A DNA stretch of 64,000 nucleotides from NCBI GenBank assembly GCA_043228905.1, contig JBHGNT010000020.1:6572001-6636000 (forward strand), given 5' to 3'. Under the pieces are notes generated by a model. The model had not been told where the DNA came from. It did not search any database and worked only from the letters and a program-made list of their open reading frames with translations. Made by a program: the position numbers and the translations under genes. The stretch is from Azolla caroliniana. Taxonomy: Eukaryota > Plantae > Polypodiophyta. This document shows, piece after piece, positions 11,797 through 24,639 of the stretch; the first letter of the stretch is position 1; each line of letters begins with the position of its first letter.

Positions 11797-13493
11797 GTCG
11801 TCTACATCCAAAACTAGATTGGGGATAAGGTGTAAGCACAGGAGCTATATTTTAGGTGGAAACCGAACTTGAGGCACCTTAGGATATTTAGTAGCATAGC
11901 CGATGTGCATGTACCGAATGAGAAACGGAGGAAGTTGCACCCAAAGTCGGAGAAATGCATACTAGTCGGCTACTCTCATGAGCAGAAAGGGGTATAAGTG
12001 CTATAACCCCCGAACAATGACAGTCCGAGTAAGCCGAGATGTTAAGTTCGATGAATCGGCATCTAGTACTCTCTAGCGACTCCAACTCCTAACTCCGTCG
12101 GAAGATGAGGCTAGCGAGCCCGAATCGATCTGGGCAGAAGATGAGGAAGAATTTTGTACTCTGGAAGAGAGTCCGTTCTCATTCCAGCTAAGTGGGACGA
12201 ATGAGCAACTGAGTCGGCATGACCAATCAAATGAAGAGCCGGCAAGTAGTGGAGACTCAGTCGTGCTCCCCCCGAGCAAGGAACCGAGGAGAAGAGAAGG
12301 GGAAGAAGAAAATGTCGGAATATGACACCAGTAGCGACGAGTCGGATTGGAGCAAATCCAACTCCAGAAAGAATGAAGACGGACCTTCACAGATGAAGTC
12401 TGAGCCGGCCAAGAGGGCCCTGAAATCGGCTAACGAGAAGTTATGTTGATCCACCCACCAGAAGAACCCTGTAAAAAGGTACGGATATAATGAGTACATG
12501 GCGCATCATTATGCGTACATGACGAAAGTGGCGGAGGTGCGTGAGCCAGAGAGCTACGTGGAAGCGGCAAGGGACGCACATTGGCATGCCGCTATGGAGG
12601 AAGACATGCGGGCACTTGATGCCAACAATACACGGGACCTGGTTTACCCTCCCCGACATTACAAACCGATCGGTTGCAAGTGGGTGTACAATGGATATGT
12701 GCAGACCCACAAAATCGACTACGACGAGACCTTCGATCCATAAGCGAAGATGACGACGGTTTGTGTGGTGCTAGCGGTTGCTACGGCAAGGGGGTGGCAT
12801 CTTCACCAAATGGACGTGAAGAATGCGTTTCTTCAAGGTCATCTTCAAGAACAATTCTACATGATCCAGCCCCCCGGATTTCAGTCAAAGATGAACAAGT
12901 CGGCAGTGTGCCGACTCAAGAAGTCTCTCTACGGCCTGAAGCAAGCCCCCCGTGCTTGGAATTCGAAGAACATGCACCAATTGTGTAAGATAGGGTTTGC
13001 GGCCTCGAAGTCGTATTCTTCATTGTTCATCCGGAATGGTTTGGACGGTCCGGTATGTATCCTGTTATATGTAGATGATCTAGTCATCACCGGACCCGAA
13101 CTTGCTGAAATCGGTCGAGTGAAATCCCAATTGTTGGATGCATTTGAAATGAAGAACCTGCGGGACCTTCATTAGTTCCTAGGGATCGAAGTGATCCACA
13201 CCCTCAATGGCATGTTGCTCTCACATCGACACTATGTGTTGAACATGTTGAACCGATCTCGACACCCCTGAACCAGAACTTGAAGCTTAGTCCCAACGGA
13301 TTCCACGCAGGTCTGCAAGGAAAAGGTTCTTCCCTGCTCTAGCACATTACATATATGTGCTCTACCCTCCCCATTCCGCACCCACTCCCTGTCGAACCCC
13401 CGCCCTTCCCACCCCGCTCACTCAGACAACGCGACAACGGGCTTTACACCTTGTCCAGGAGGAATGACAAGATGATGTGCCTGCCCAAACTCC

Positions 13494-13670
13494 GACCAAT
13501 TTTGTCGAGGCCTCCGAAATGATGTCAAGTCTCTTCTCTTAAACTTTTCGGAGCCCACATCTTTGTCTCAAGTAATCTCCCAAGCCATTCAATATGATAA
13601 TCATCTTTTTGAGCTTCGACGGGATAAACGGGGGACTCGAGGATTTCCGTCTTCCTCCCGCAATGCTCTC
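13494..13670 (+). pseudogene. Small Ty3/Gypsy (chromovirus-type) gag fragment that is the target of the young Copia
   Basis: Manual translation DQFCRGLRNDVKSLLLNFSEPTSLSQVISQAIQYDNHLFELRRDKR resembles the C-terminal part of retrotransposon Gag. Confidence 0.5.
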
Positions 13671-13948
13671 TGTCGAATACATGTGTATAATGGACGTATT
13701 CACACCATCCCGTTTTGGCCATTTATGTAATTAGCATAAAGGGTAGTTGCCCTAAGTCGGTCACTATATATAGTGACCTTGTAACCTCTTTGTGAGGTTG
13801 GTTGTTGTATTCTTCTTTATGAAATAAAGAGTCTTTTGTGTCTCTCTCTCTCTCTCTCTGTGCAACGACCTACATTCTGTCATACACAGGGAATAAACAG
13901 GAATCGAGTGCTTCAAGATCTTCCGCACTGACGACATTGCTTCCAACA
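13671..13948 (+). repeat. 5' LTR (278 bp)
   Basis: TGTCGAATAC...TTCCAACA, repeated at 18749. Confidence 0.95.
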
Positions 13949-14541
13949 TCTGGTATCAGAGCCTGCACAGTAGTCGGTCCTTCAATCCGCTGTCGGCCGT
14001 CGTCTCTGCATTCGGTTTCCTGCGTCATTCGAAGAAAGAGAGAAGAAGAACAAAAACGAGGTTTGCACCTCATCGCGTTAGATCCCCTTGCTTGGAGTAA
14101 GCCAGCAGGTTGTACTCTGTCTCTTGTGATCGTAACCGCTCGAGGTGAAATCCCCTTGTGCAACTTTGACAACAACCCAAATTCGTGCTTCATCTGGCTG
14201 ATCGACATTCGGGAGGATCAGTCGGATCCGTCTCTCTCGTCGCTGCAGTCACCCAAAGCCGAATCGGTCCAGATAATCGGTTTCAATAATCGGTATTCGG
14301 CATATATATATCCGAAGCGAACCGGGCTCACTCCGACTCGGCGACATTCGGGAAGACCAGTCGGTTCTGTCCCTCAGGTTACCGTAGTCAATTCGAGCAA
14401 GTTCAACAATACATATATCCGAAGCCGAACCGACTCGGATTCAAATCCGACTAGAACGATATCGGGTGAGCCAACAGGCTGCACTCCAACAAGATTCGTA
14501 GTCAACTCCGAACCGAGCTTCGTCAACCGAAACCAAATTTG

Positions 14542-17500
14542 ATGGCATCAACATCAGGCTCGTCAGAAATGAGTCTACGAAAGTTCGATGGATCGAACTT
14601 CAACTTCTGGAAGGAACAAATGCAGGACTATCTCATAGTCAAGGGGCAAATCGATCCCATCGAAAATGAAGAACCTCCAGAAGGATACAAACCAATTGAG
14701 TGGCAGAAGCTGGACAGAATCGTCCGCGCCACGATTCGGATGCACCTATCGGAATCGGTATACTTCACGGTGCAATCGTGTACGACAGCATTCGAACTGT
14801 GGAAAACACTGTCGGACACTTACGAAAAGAAGGTCGCCGCAACGAAGATGTTTCTGATCCGGCGCCTCTACAACTTGCGGATGAAAGAATCCGACTCGGT
14901 TCAAGCACACCTCAATGAGTACGAAAGCATAAGCTCCCAAATCTCGTCACAGGGGACGGCAATCGAGGATGAACTCAGAGCAATGATACTCATGAGCAGC
15001 CTTCCCTCATCATGGGAAACTTTCGTCACAACCGTGTGCAACGCGTCAACCACGGCTGTTAAATACTCCGAAGTCACGAGCGCAATCCTGACCGAAGCAG
15101 CTCGGAGAAAGTCTTTCGCCAAAGACTCAACAGAAGACGCTTACGTAGTACAAGGTTCGACAGACCGATCGAACATACGAGGAAGAGATTCCTCACGACC
15201 GCCGAACAATCAGCGAAGACGGAGCCAGTCACGGGATCACCGAATCTGCAACTACTGCAAGAAACCCGGACACATCAAAGCCGACTGCCGCGCACTCAAG
15301 AACAAGAACAACAAGAAGAGTGGCCGGCATGAGGAGATCAATTACGTCAGCTTCTCAGCTGATGTGCTACCAGACGACCCGAACATACTATCAATCGAAA
15401 ATCCAGTCGGCTCAGAAGTTCTGCTCACGACTGAAGAATCGAGCACATGGCTCTTGGATTCGGGTGCGTCATTTCATGTGACTCCTCATCGGTCCCAATT
15501 TCGGCAATATACGATCCGTCACTCCGACTCAGTTCGGGTCGGCAACTCACAACACTGTGACATCATCGGAATCGGCACAGTAGAGCTCAACCTTGCAGGT
15601 GGCTCTACACTTGTACTCCACAATGTCCGACATGTACCCGAGCTCTCAAGGCCATTGATCTCAGTCGGACAACTGGATGAAGACGGCATTCGTGCCGGTT
15701 TTTCTTCGGGAGGGTGGACACTCCACAGGGGGAACCTCCTGCTTGCTAGAGGACCCAAGATACACTCATTGTATCCGTTACATGTTACGCTCAGAGAGGG
15801 TAACCTGTTTTTGGTGGATATTCCTGTGTCATCATTATGGCACCGAAGACTGGGACACCTCAGCAAGGCCGGCATCACGCACCTATCTAGAGCCGGATAC
15901 ATCCCCAAACTCTCCTTCTCGGACCATCAATTTTGCGAGCACTGCCAGTATGGCAAACAAGCAGCCGCATCACACCCGACATCAGCACCAAGAGAAACGA
16001 GACCTCTCGACTTAGTCCATTCGGACGTCTGTGGCCCAATGCCGCATCAGTCTCTAGGCGGTGCATCTTACTTCGTCACTTTTATTGACGATTCGACTCG
16101 AAAAGTGTGGGCTTATCCAATTCGCACCAAAGATCGAGTCTTCTCGATCTTCACCGATTGGCTCGCTATGGTGGAAAATCAAACCGACCGAAAGCTGAAA
16201 TGCCTTCGGACCGACAATGGGGGAGAGTTCAAATCAGAAGAATTCGTCAAATTCTGCCGACAACGCGGCATCCGACGTGAATTTACGGCACCACACAGTC
16301 CGGAGCAAAACGGGATTGCAGAGTGAATGAATCGGACAATCCAAGAACGGATAGTTTCCATGCTCCAACACTCCGGACTGTCGGATGGCTTCTGGGCAGA
16401 GGCTCTACTCACGGCAGTACACATAATCAATATGTCGCCAAGTAGACCTCTAGGACTTCAAATTCCTCAGGAACTATGGATCGGCAGAAAGCCGAATTAC
16501 GACAAGCTGAGGATCTTCGGATGCGAGGCGTATGCCCTTATTCCGAAAGATGATCGCCGCAAACTTGCACCTCGGTCCAGGAAATGCATTTTCCTTGGAT
16601 ATGGATCCGACGGCGAAATGGGATACCGACTCTGGGACCCCGAACGCAGACAAATCGTTCGAAGTTCGGACGTTGTGTTCAACGAGTCGGCTATGAATCC
16701 ATCTGTCGAAAAACCGATCGAAGTCCGAAGGGTAACATTTTCCGATGTGCCGACCCTTCAAGAAGGCCCCGCCCTCAACACACGGTCAGCTTCACGGGTA
16801 GCTGAACCTTACACTACCGACTCAGACAACTCTGACTCGGCACAGCCGAATGATTCGGTTTCGGACCATCCGACCTCGATACCCGATGCGACCAGTCCAA
16901 TCCTACTTCGACGATCCGAGAGACTGTCGCAACCTCCGGAGAGATATTCTCCTGGAATTTTCTTCACCGACGCCGGCGAACCGACGTCTTACGAAGAAGC
17001 ATCGACATCTGTCGATTCAGCCACCTGGCATCTGGCGATGGAGTCGGAAATGCACTCCATCCGGGCAAACAAGACTTGGGATCTGGTCGAATTACCTAGG
17101 AACCGACGTGCTCTTCCTTGCAAGTGGGTTTATCGACTAAAAGAGACGTCTGATTCGACCACCCCAAAGTACAAGGCCAGATTGGTTGCGAAGGGCTTCC
17201 GACAAGAATACGGCGTCGACTTCGACGAGATTTTTTCACCAGTGGTGAAAATGACAACCCTTCGTTTCCTACTCGGCGTAGTGGCAGCCGACAACTTGGA
17301 GCTGATTCAGCTAGATGTCAAAACAGCATTCCTCCATGGTGATCTTGACGAGGAAATTTATATGGAGCAGCCAAAAGGCTTCGTGGCAACCAGCCAAGAA
17401 CATCTAGTCTGCCGACTCAGGAAGAGTCTATACGGCCTCAAACAGGCACCGCGACAATGGTACAAGAAGTTCGACGACTTCATCCAATCGATCGGCTTCT

Positions 17501-18555
17501 CAAAAAGCGATGAGGACCATTGTCTCTTCACCAACACAGCTCAAGATGGATCACCCATCTTCCTCATCATTTACGTGGACGACATGCTAATTTCTGGACG
17601 CCACGCGGGCGAACTTGCCGATCTCGTTCGGCAACTGCGGTTGAAGTTTGCCATGAAGGACCTCGGTCCGGCACGACACATCCTTGGCATGAAGATTAGT
17701 CGGCATCGCGATAAACGACATCTTTTTTTGTCTCAGACCGACTATATCGGACGTGTCTTGGAACGCTTCAACATGCAATCAGCCAAATCTGCTTCAACCC
17801 CACTCCCCATGAATCTTCGGCTCTCTCAGCGAGACTGCCCGACATCCGGTCCGGAGGGGGAAGATATGAAGTCGGTACCGTATGCACCGGCAGTCGGCTC
17901 CCTTATGTACCTGATGGTCGCGACACGGCCTGACATCTCTCATGCCGTAGGAGTCGTTAGCAGATTTATGCACAATCCTGGCCGATCGCATTGGAACGCA
18001 GTCAAGCATGTGTTCAGATATCTGGCTGGCACAAAAGACCATGGCATTCTTTTCGGACCGAACCGAACCTCAGGCGTAGTCAGTTACACCGACTCTGACT
18101 TCGCCGGCTGTATAGACAGTCGGAAATCAACAACCGGATACTGCTTCAAATTCGGCAATGGAGCAATCTCGTGGAAGTCGAAACTTCAGGAGTGCACAGC
18201 GACCTCAACGACCGAAGCAGAATATGTAGCTGCGTCTGACGCAGCAAAAGAAGCTTTGTGGCTCGGTCGGCTGGCGCACACGTTTCGACAAGTCGAACAT
18301 GACTCGGCTCCAGTTGTCTACAGCGACAGTCAAGGTGCTGTTGCCTTGTCGAAAAATCCGGTTCACCACAACGCCTCCAAACATATCGACGTTCGATATC
18401 ACTTCGTTCGGGACTGCGTCATTTCAGGGAAAATCGGTCTAGAGAAAATATCCACAACCGATAATGTCGCAGATGGAATGACCAAATGTCTCTCGGCAGA
18501 CCGTTTTCGGTCTCTTCGGCATCAGATGGGCGTAACGACAAACCAGTCCGGTTAG
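14542..18555 (+). pseudogene. Copia gag-PR-INT-RT-RNaseH polyprotein, intact except one in-frame TGA at 16324-16326
   Basis: Motifs CNYCKKPGHIKADC, WLLDSGASFH, LWHRRLGH, HSDVCGP, RTDNGGEF, QNGIAE*MNRT, QLDVKTAFLHG, IYVDDML, YTDSDFAG, KHIDVRYH. ORFs 14539-16326 and 16327-18555 are contiguous and in frame. Confidence 0.93.
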
Positions 18556-18748
18556 AGCCGGACACAGAGCAGGATGGTTCCCGACAACCGACATCAGCTC
18601 CTTAATGATCGGCTTCAACTGTTCCGACCCGACCAGTTCGGTCTTCTGTCTTCGGATCCTGCCGACTCGAACAAAGCTGATATGTCCGAGAACCTAAGTC
18701 TATACCTGTAATCTTAGATAACCCATGTATACGCCCATTACGGGGGAG

Positions 18749-19029
18749 TGTCGAATACATGTGTATAATGGACGTATTCACACCATCCCGTTTTGGCCAT
18801 TTATGTAATTAGCATAAAGGGTAGTTGCCCTAAGTCGGTCACTATATATAGTGACCTTGTAACCTCTTTGTGAGGTTGGTTGTTGTATTATTCTTCTTTA
18901 TGAAATAAAGAGTCTTTTGTGTGTCTCTCTCTCTCTCTCTGTGCAACGACCTACATTCTGTCATACACAGGGAATAAACAGGAATCGAGTGCTTCAAGAT
19001 CTTCCGCACTGACGACATTGCTTCCAACA
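18749..19029 (+). repeat. 3' LTR (281 bp)
   Basis: Differs from the 5' LTR by one 3-bp indel and about one substitution at the TG/TC microsatellite edge. Confidence 0.95.
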
Positions 19030-22000
19030 CTCTCCATTCACAAGGCCATATATATTAGTTTCGCCTCTAGTTCCCTTGACATTGAAGGTCGCAAACCTTA
19101 AAGAAACCCACGAAACCTATCAAAATTGTGCATGTTAGTAATTTGTAACATTATTCTTTGATATTCAATAATATGCTCCCTAAGTTTCCCCAATTCTTGT
19201 TGTGAAAGTTTATATGCGGAAGTGTATGACAAACCGGCTCAGCCGGATACCACTAGAAAATAGAGAGAAGAAGGTTTAACAAAGAATGCATGGGAGAGAC
19301 AGAGAGAACAAGACATAAAACTCAATTAAAAAATAATAATACTTTGTACATAGAATGTGCTCAGAGAGCACTTTTATACAAGTCCCTAAAGGATTGACAT
19401 AAGTACGGACAGGTACTTCAATGCTCATACGAGCGACTGACACTGACGCCCAAAACTATGCCTACATACTAGGCTAGATTTGTAGGCCTCTAACGGCCTA
19501 CCGGTTTCAATCCAATCTGGCTCCTAGTTCCTGATACCATCTGGACACCAATCCGGCTCTGGCTTATTCAGCAGATCCAGATCCGGTTGAGCTTGTGCGC
19601 TCAACACTCCCCCTCAAGCTCAACTTGAGGTTGGATCATGGTGTCAGTATCTATAGTAGCCGGTCCTTTCCTCCGGCTCCTTCTGGCGTCTTCCCGCCTT
19701 GCTCGCGCTCCTCGTCCGGTCAAGTTCCGATTCCCGCGACCCGTTCGGTTTTGCAGAACTCGACCTCCTTGGTTGGCTTGTCTGCTCAGTATGCCCATCT
19801 CAGCTCCTTCGCTGCTATGACTCTAGCACTTGTCAACCCATCGGTTCCTCCGTATTTGTGTCAACGTCCACTGCCTTCTCGTCCGCTTGGCCTTTAGTTG
19901 ATCCGGCTCCTCCAAATCAAATTGTTGAACCAAAACGGCTTCCTCCGATTCATTCCAGCTCTTGTCAAAATCAGTTGCCTCCGATTCATTCCGGCTCTTG
20001 TCCGAGTTGGTAGTCTCTAACTCGTCTTTCGTTTTTAGGCCCTTCACTACATCGGACCACGTCTGGGTCTTGGCCTTCTTCTGGTCGGCTCTGTCCTTCT
20101 TGAGTCTGTCGCCGCTGCCACTTGTTCGGGCTCGACTTCCTTTTTCTGCTCCGACTTGTTCTTTCTTCCTCTCTGGCTCTTTCTGGTGCCATTACCCGTT
20201 CTCCCTCTCAAGTGCGGCACGTCGAGATGTTGCATGCCGAGCATCTCCGAAAAGTGCTACAACATGTATGATCTGAGTGTCTTGGTGAAGATGTCGGCGA
20301 CTTGCCGATCCGTGTGACCTTACTAAAGTCTAACTTCACCGCTCAAGACCCGCTCACGGACAAAGTGATAATGCACTTCTATGTGCTTTGTTCGAGCATG
20401 GAATACAGGGTTCTTGGCGAGCTGTATGTTGCTTACGTTGTCACAATAAATCAGGATCGGGGTCGAGACCTCGATTTGGAGGTCTTGCAGCATTCGTCGA
20501 AGCTAGATGACTTCATAGGTGGCAACGATAGCACCCCAATATTCAGCCTCAGTGCTCGATAGAGCCACTGTTGGTTGCTTTTTGCTGCTCCACGCAACGG
20601 TCACGCTACCAAGAGAGAACATGTAACTGGAGGTGGATCGTTCATCCGATGCATCACGAGCCCAATCGGCATCGGTATATCCAACTAGCTCCCCAGCTAT
20701 ATCGTGTCTGTATAACAATCCTCGGTCCTTCGTGTCGCTAACATATCACAATAGTCGATGCGCGCACTGAAGGTGCTCCACAGTGGACTTCTGCATAAAC
20801 TGGTTGATCACTCCGTCTGGATAACCGATGTCGAGTCAGGTGATTGTCAAGTAGATAAGGCTTTCGACAACTTGTCAGAACCGTTTCGCATTGCAGGTAG
20901 GTCCGAAGTCAGGACATAGCTTCAGGTTCTAGTCCAGGGGTGTGGAGATCGGTCGGCATTCCGTCATGCCAAACTTGTACAACATCTTCAACACATAATG
21001 GCGTTGTGAGAGCAATATGTTGTAGGGGGTCTGGATCACCTCGATCCCAAGAAAATAATGAAGGTCCCCCAGGTCCTTCATTTCAAATGCATCCGACAAC
21101 TGGGACTTTACGTAGTTGATTTCATCGAGTCCTGGTTCGGTGATCACCAGATCATCTAAATACAGTACGATACAAATTGGACCATCCGGACCTTTCCGGA
21201 TGAACAACGAAGAGTCAGACTTTGAGGCCGCAAACCCCATCTCACGCAACCGGTGCGTGATTTCACATTCCAAGCTTGGGGGGCTTGCTTCAGACCATAA
21301 AGTGACTTTTTAGGTCTGCATATTGCTCACCTGTTCATCTCTGATTGAAAACCGGGGGCTTGGATCATATAGACCCGTTCTTTAAGGTCACATTGAAGAA
21401 ACGCATTCTTCACGTCCATTTGGTGAAGATGTCATCCCCTTGCCGTAGCAACAGCCAGTACCACACCAACCATCATCATCTTCGCTACCAAAGCGAAGGT
21501 CTCGTCATAGTCGATTCACTGGGTCTGTGCATATCCCTTTGCCACTAACCGGGCCTTGTATCGGTTGACCAAACCGTCGGCATTGTACTTTACCTTATAC
21601 ACCCACTTGCAGCCAATTGGTTTACATTGTCAAGGAGGGTCAACCAGGTCCCAAGTGTCGTTGGCATCCAATGCCCGCATTTCTTCTTCCACAGCAGCAC
21701 GCCAATTTGTGTCTTTCGTTGCTTCTGCGTAGCAATCCAGCTCACGCACTTCCACCACCTTGGTCATACATACTCTTTGTATCTGTACCGTTTTACGGGG
21801 TTCTTTTGGCTGGCTGACCAACGCAATTTTTCGTCAGCCGGTTTGAGGCCCTTCTTGGCCGGTTAAGACTTCATTTCCGAAGATCCGACTTCGTTCTGTC
21901 CGGAGTTAGAATCACTCCAATCTTACTCTTCGCTATCGGTGTCGTATTCCAACATCTTCGTCTTCCCCTTCTCTATGCGTGTGAACCGTCTCCTCGGTTC

Positions 22001-23034
22001 CTTGTGCGAGGATAACATGGTAGAGTCTCCACTACTCGCGGGTTCTTCATCCGACTGGTCATTCCTACTCAGCCGCTCATTCGGCCCAGTTAGCCGGAAT
22101 GAAATCAGACTCTCATCTAGAGTACCGAATTCTTCATCTTCTACCTAAACCTCTCCGGGTTCACTAGCCTCATCCTCCAGAATCGGGTCTTCATCGGGAG
22201 TTGGAGTCGGTAGAGAGTACCATGATGCCGACTCATCAAACTCAACATCTCGACTTACTCAAACCTGTTTAGTCTGGGGGTTATAACACTTATACCCCTT
22301 CTATTCATGCGAGTAGTCGACGAGTATGTACTTCTCCGACTTCGGATCCAACTTCCTCCGCTTCTCATCTGGTACATGCACAGATGCTATGCTACTGAAT
22401 ATCCAAAGGTGTCTCAAATTCGGCTTCCGCCCGAAATACAGCTCATATGCTGACACCTTATCTCTGATCCGGTTTTGGATGTAGACGGTCATCTGGACCG
22501 CCTTAGCCCAATAGAACTTGGGCATGCTTTTCTCCTCCAACGTTGCCCTTGTCGCGTCAACAATCGACCGGTTCTTTCTCTCGACCACACGGTTTTGTTC
22601 CGGTGTGTATCGGCAGTTGAATTCCTTTTTACTGCAGATAATTGTTGAATTGGCTGGAAAAGTATTCTTTTCCGCCTTCTAACCGCGGGCACTTGATCTT
22701 TCTTTCTGTTTCCCTCTCGACTAGTCTTTGTAGATTCTGGAAACAGTCGAAGACTTCACTTTTCCTCTCAATGAGGTAGATCCATGTGTATCGGTTGTAG
22801 TCATCAATGAAGGAGACGAAATACTGACTCCCGCCAAGACTAACGTTCTGTGTCGGTCCCTATACATCCAAGTAGATTAAGTCGAGCTTGTTACGACTCC
22901 GGTTTCATTCGGTGGGGAATGGAAGCCGGTGTTGCTTCCCGAGTTGCCAGGCTTCACATATTTGGGCCTTCCAGCCACTGAATTTCGGTAATCCGAGAAC
23001 AACCTGTTTCGATTGCAGGTCTTGAAGCCTCCGT

Positions 23035-23097
23035 ATATGGATTGCAGGTAATCCATATCTGGTACAAGTGGCCTATCCACTTGTACCAGATATGGAT
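23035..23097. repeat. Perfect 21-bp inverted repeat (5-nt loop) overlapped by a 9-bp inverted repeat
   Basis: ATCCATATCTGGTACAAGTGG (23051-23071), loop CCTAT, CCACTTGTACCAGATATGGAT (23077-23097). ATATGGATT (23035-23043) pairs with AATCCATAT (23050-23058). Confidence 0.9.
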
Positions 23098-23564
23098 GTC
23101 CAATTAAATCTTATGTCCTTTGGCAAATAGGGCAATGCCGACGTCGTTGGTGTCGAGGATGAACATCCTCCCGTCTCTGCGCCCTTCCGCAATTAATCGG
23201 CCTTCTTCCTCGATGAAGCACCCGAAGTGCGTAAACCGCACCTACATTCCTTGGTCGACGATTTGTCCGACCGACACCAGGTTCTTTGTTATTGTCAGAA
23301 CGTGAAGTACGTTCATCAGCCTTCCCTTTTGTCTGACATGGCTTAAAGGGACTTCTCTGACATGCACAATCGGGTGAGGGGTGTCGTCTTGGGTTTCAAC
23401 AATTCTCAGTTGTTCTGGTTTCTCCAAAAATGAGAACCACTTTTCGTGCCTCCTCATGTGTTTTGAGGCTCCGGAATCAACATACCATACTTCCTCCGAT
23501 TTGAGAGTGGTCTTCTTCATCGAGTTAGCCTTGTGCTTCATCACAAAGGCTGGCCCCTTCCCGA

Positions 23565-24639
23565 TGTCGTGTGGTTCTTCACACACGATATGAAAAATAA
23601 TGAAATAATTATTTTAGATTAGATTAATGGATTGATATGGAAAGATAGATGTCTTCAAGAGCTTCATAACGCATTTTTACTACATATAAAATGGACAACT
23701 ACATATCAAGTTATGTTAATATAAAGTTTGAGAATATAAGGAAAACATAATTGTGAAATATCCCACAAAGATAGGAAACTTTTGGATCCAGCACTATATA
23801 AGTAGATCGAGAACCATTAGTTTATATCTATGTGGTAAGAGTATAGAAGGAATGGTTAAACTTGGGCTACACTATCCGGATGGATTGATGTGGCTTAACT
23901 ACATGTAATGGTTTTGGACAGAACCAGAACCGGACGGCGACAAAACCGGACCGGACAGATGGAATCGGAACCAGAACCGGATCGGGCTAGATGTAACCGA
24001 ACGGATCGGATGGGTGACGGTCGAGATGGACGGATCATACACGGGCCGAACTTTACAGATGATAAGATCATGCCACGAACTAAAGTAAAGTAAAGGTCAT
24101 ATGGACGCATGCAACTGAATGTAGAGGCCATACAACTAAAGTCAAACTTTATGTAAAGTAAAGGTTATGTGGATGCATGCAATTAAACTCAAGATGCAAA
24201 CCAGAGTTCCTCATGCAAGGGTATCTTCGAGTGTGGAAAATCCTAAGAGAAGGGAAGGAAGAGCAATCTTTTTTTTCTCATAGAATCTTTGAGTTAGAAA
24301 AGAGAAATCTATCAATCAATAAAAAAAACCAGAACCCTAATAATTTTCCTAACGGAAGCCATATCTCTCGAATAGCCCTAATTTTTTTCTTATGAAAGCC
24401 ATATCTCATAAATTTGAAACCTATTGTTTCTTATCGAAGCCATATCTCACAAACTCTAAACTTTTGTAATCCCAATCTTGGGATTGATTGTAATTTTTCT
24501 TCTCCTTTGCGAATGAAATTTATTAAACTTTCTCATTTTCGTTAATTCTTAAAAACAAACGTACGAATTTGGTATCCTCTAGTCGGAGACCCCAGGGTCC
24601 TACCTCAAGTTCACGTATCTTCGTCGTATTTTTGCAACA
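23565..24639. mobile_element. Probable solo LTR (1075 bp) inserted in the gag-protease linker of Copia A2
   Basis: TGTCG...CAACA termini and flanks CCGA/CCGG. Removing it restores collinearity with copy A3 at about 54415-54435. No coding domains. Confidence 0.7.

Larger units (their letters stand above)
1146..13295 (+). mobile_element. Decayed Ty1/Copia fragment (family A, copy 1): integrase to partial RT, interrupted by the Gypsy at 1724-11796
   Basis: Collinear with 54911-57590. Motifs [36 protein letters not shown] and LYVDDL. Many stops and deletions. Ends abruptly in RT with no RNase H or LTR. Confidence 0.85.
13671..19029 (+). mobile_element. Very young full-length Ty1/Copia LTR retrotransposon (Tnt1/Tork-like; family C, copy 1)
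   Basis: Near-identical LTRs at 13671-13948 and 18749-19029. Perfect TSD CTCTC. PBS TGGTATCAGAGC (tRNA-iMet) at 13951-13962. PPT GGGGGAG at 18742-18748. Confidence 0.97.

Noticed and set aside
13838-14542. 234-aa ORF upstream of the Copia gag
   Set aside because: It spans the LTR, PBS and leader, starts at a non-ATG codon in a microsatellite and has no recognisable domain.
16324-16326. Programmed stop-codon readthrough between two Copia ORFs
   Set aside because: The TGA replaces a conserved Arg inside the integrase core, which a CGA-to-TGA transition explains more simply.
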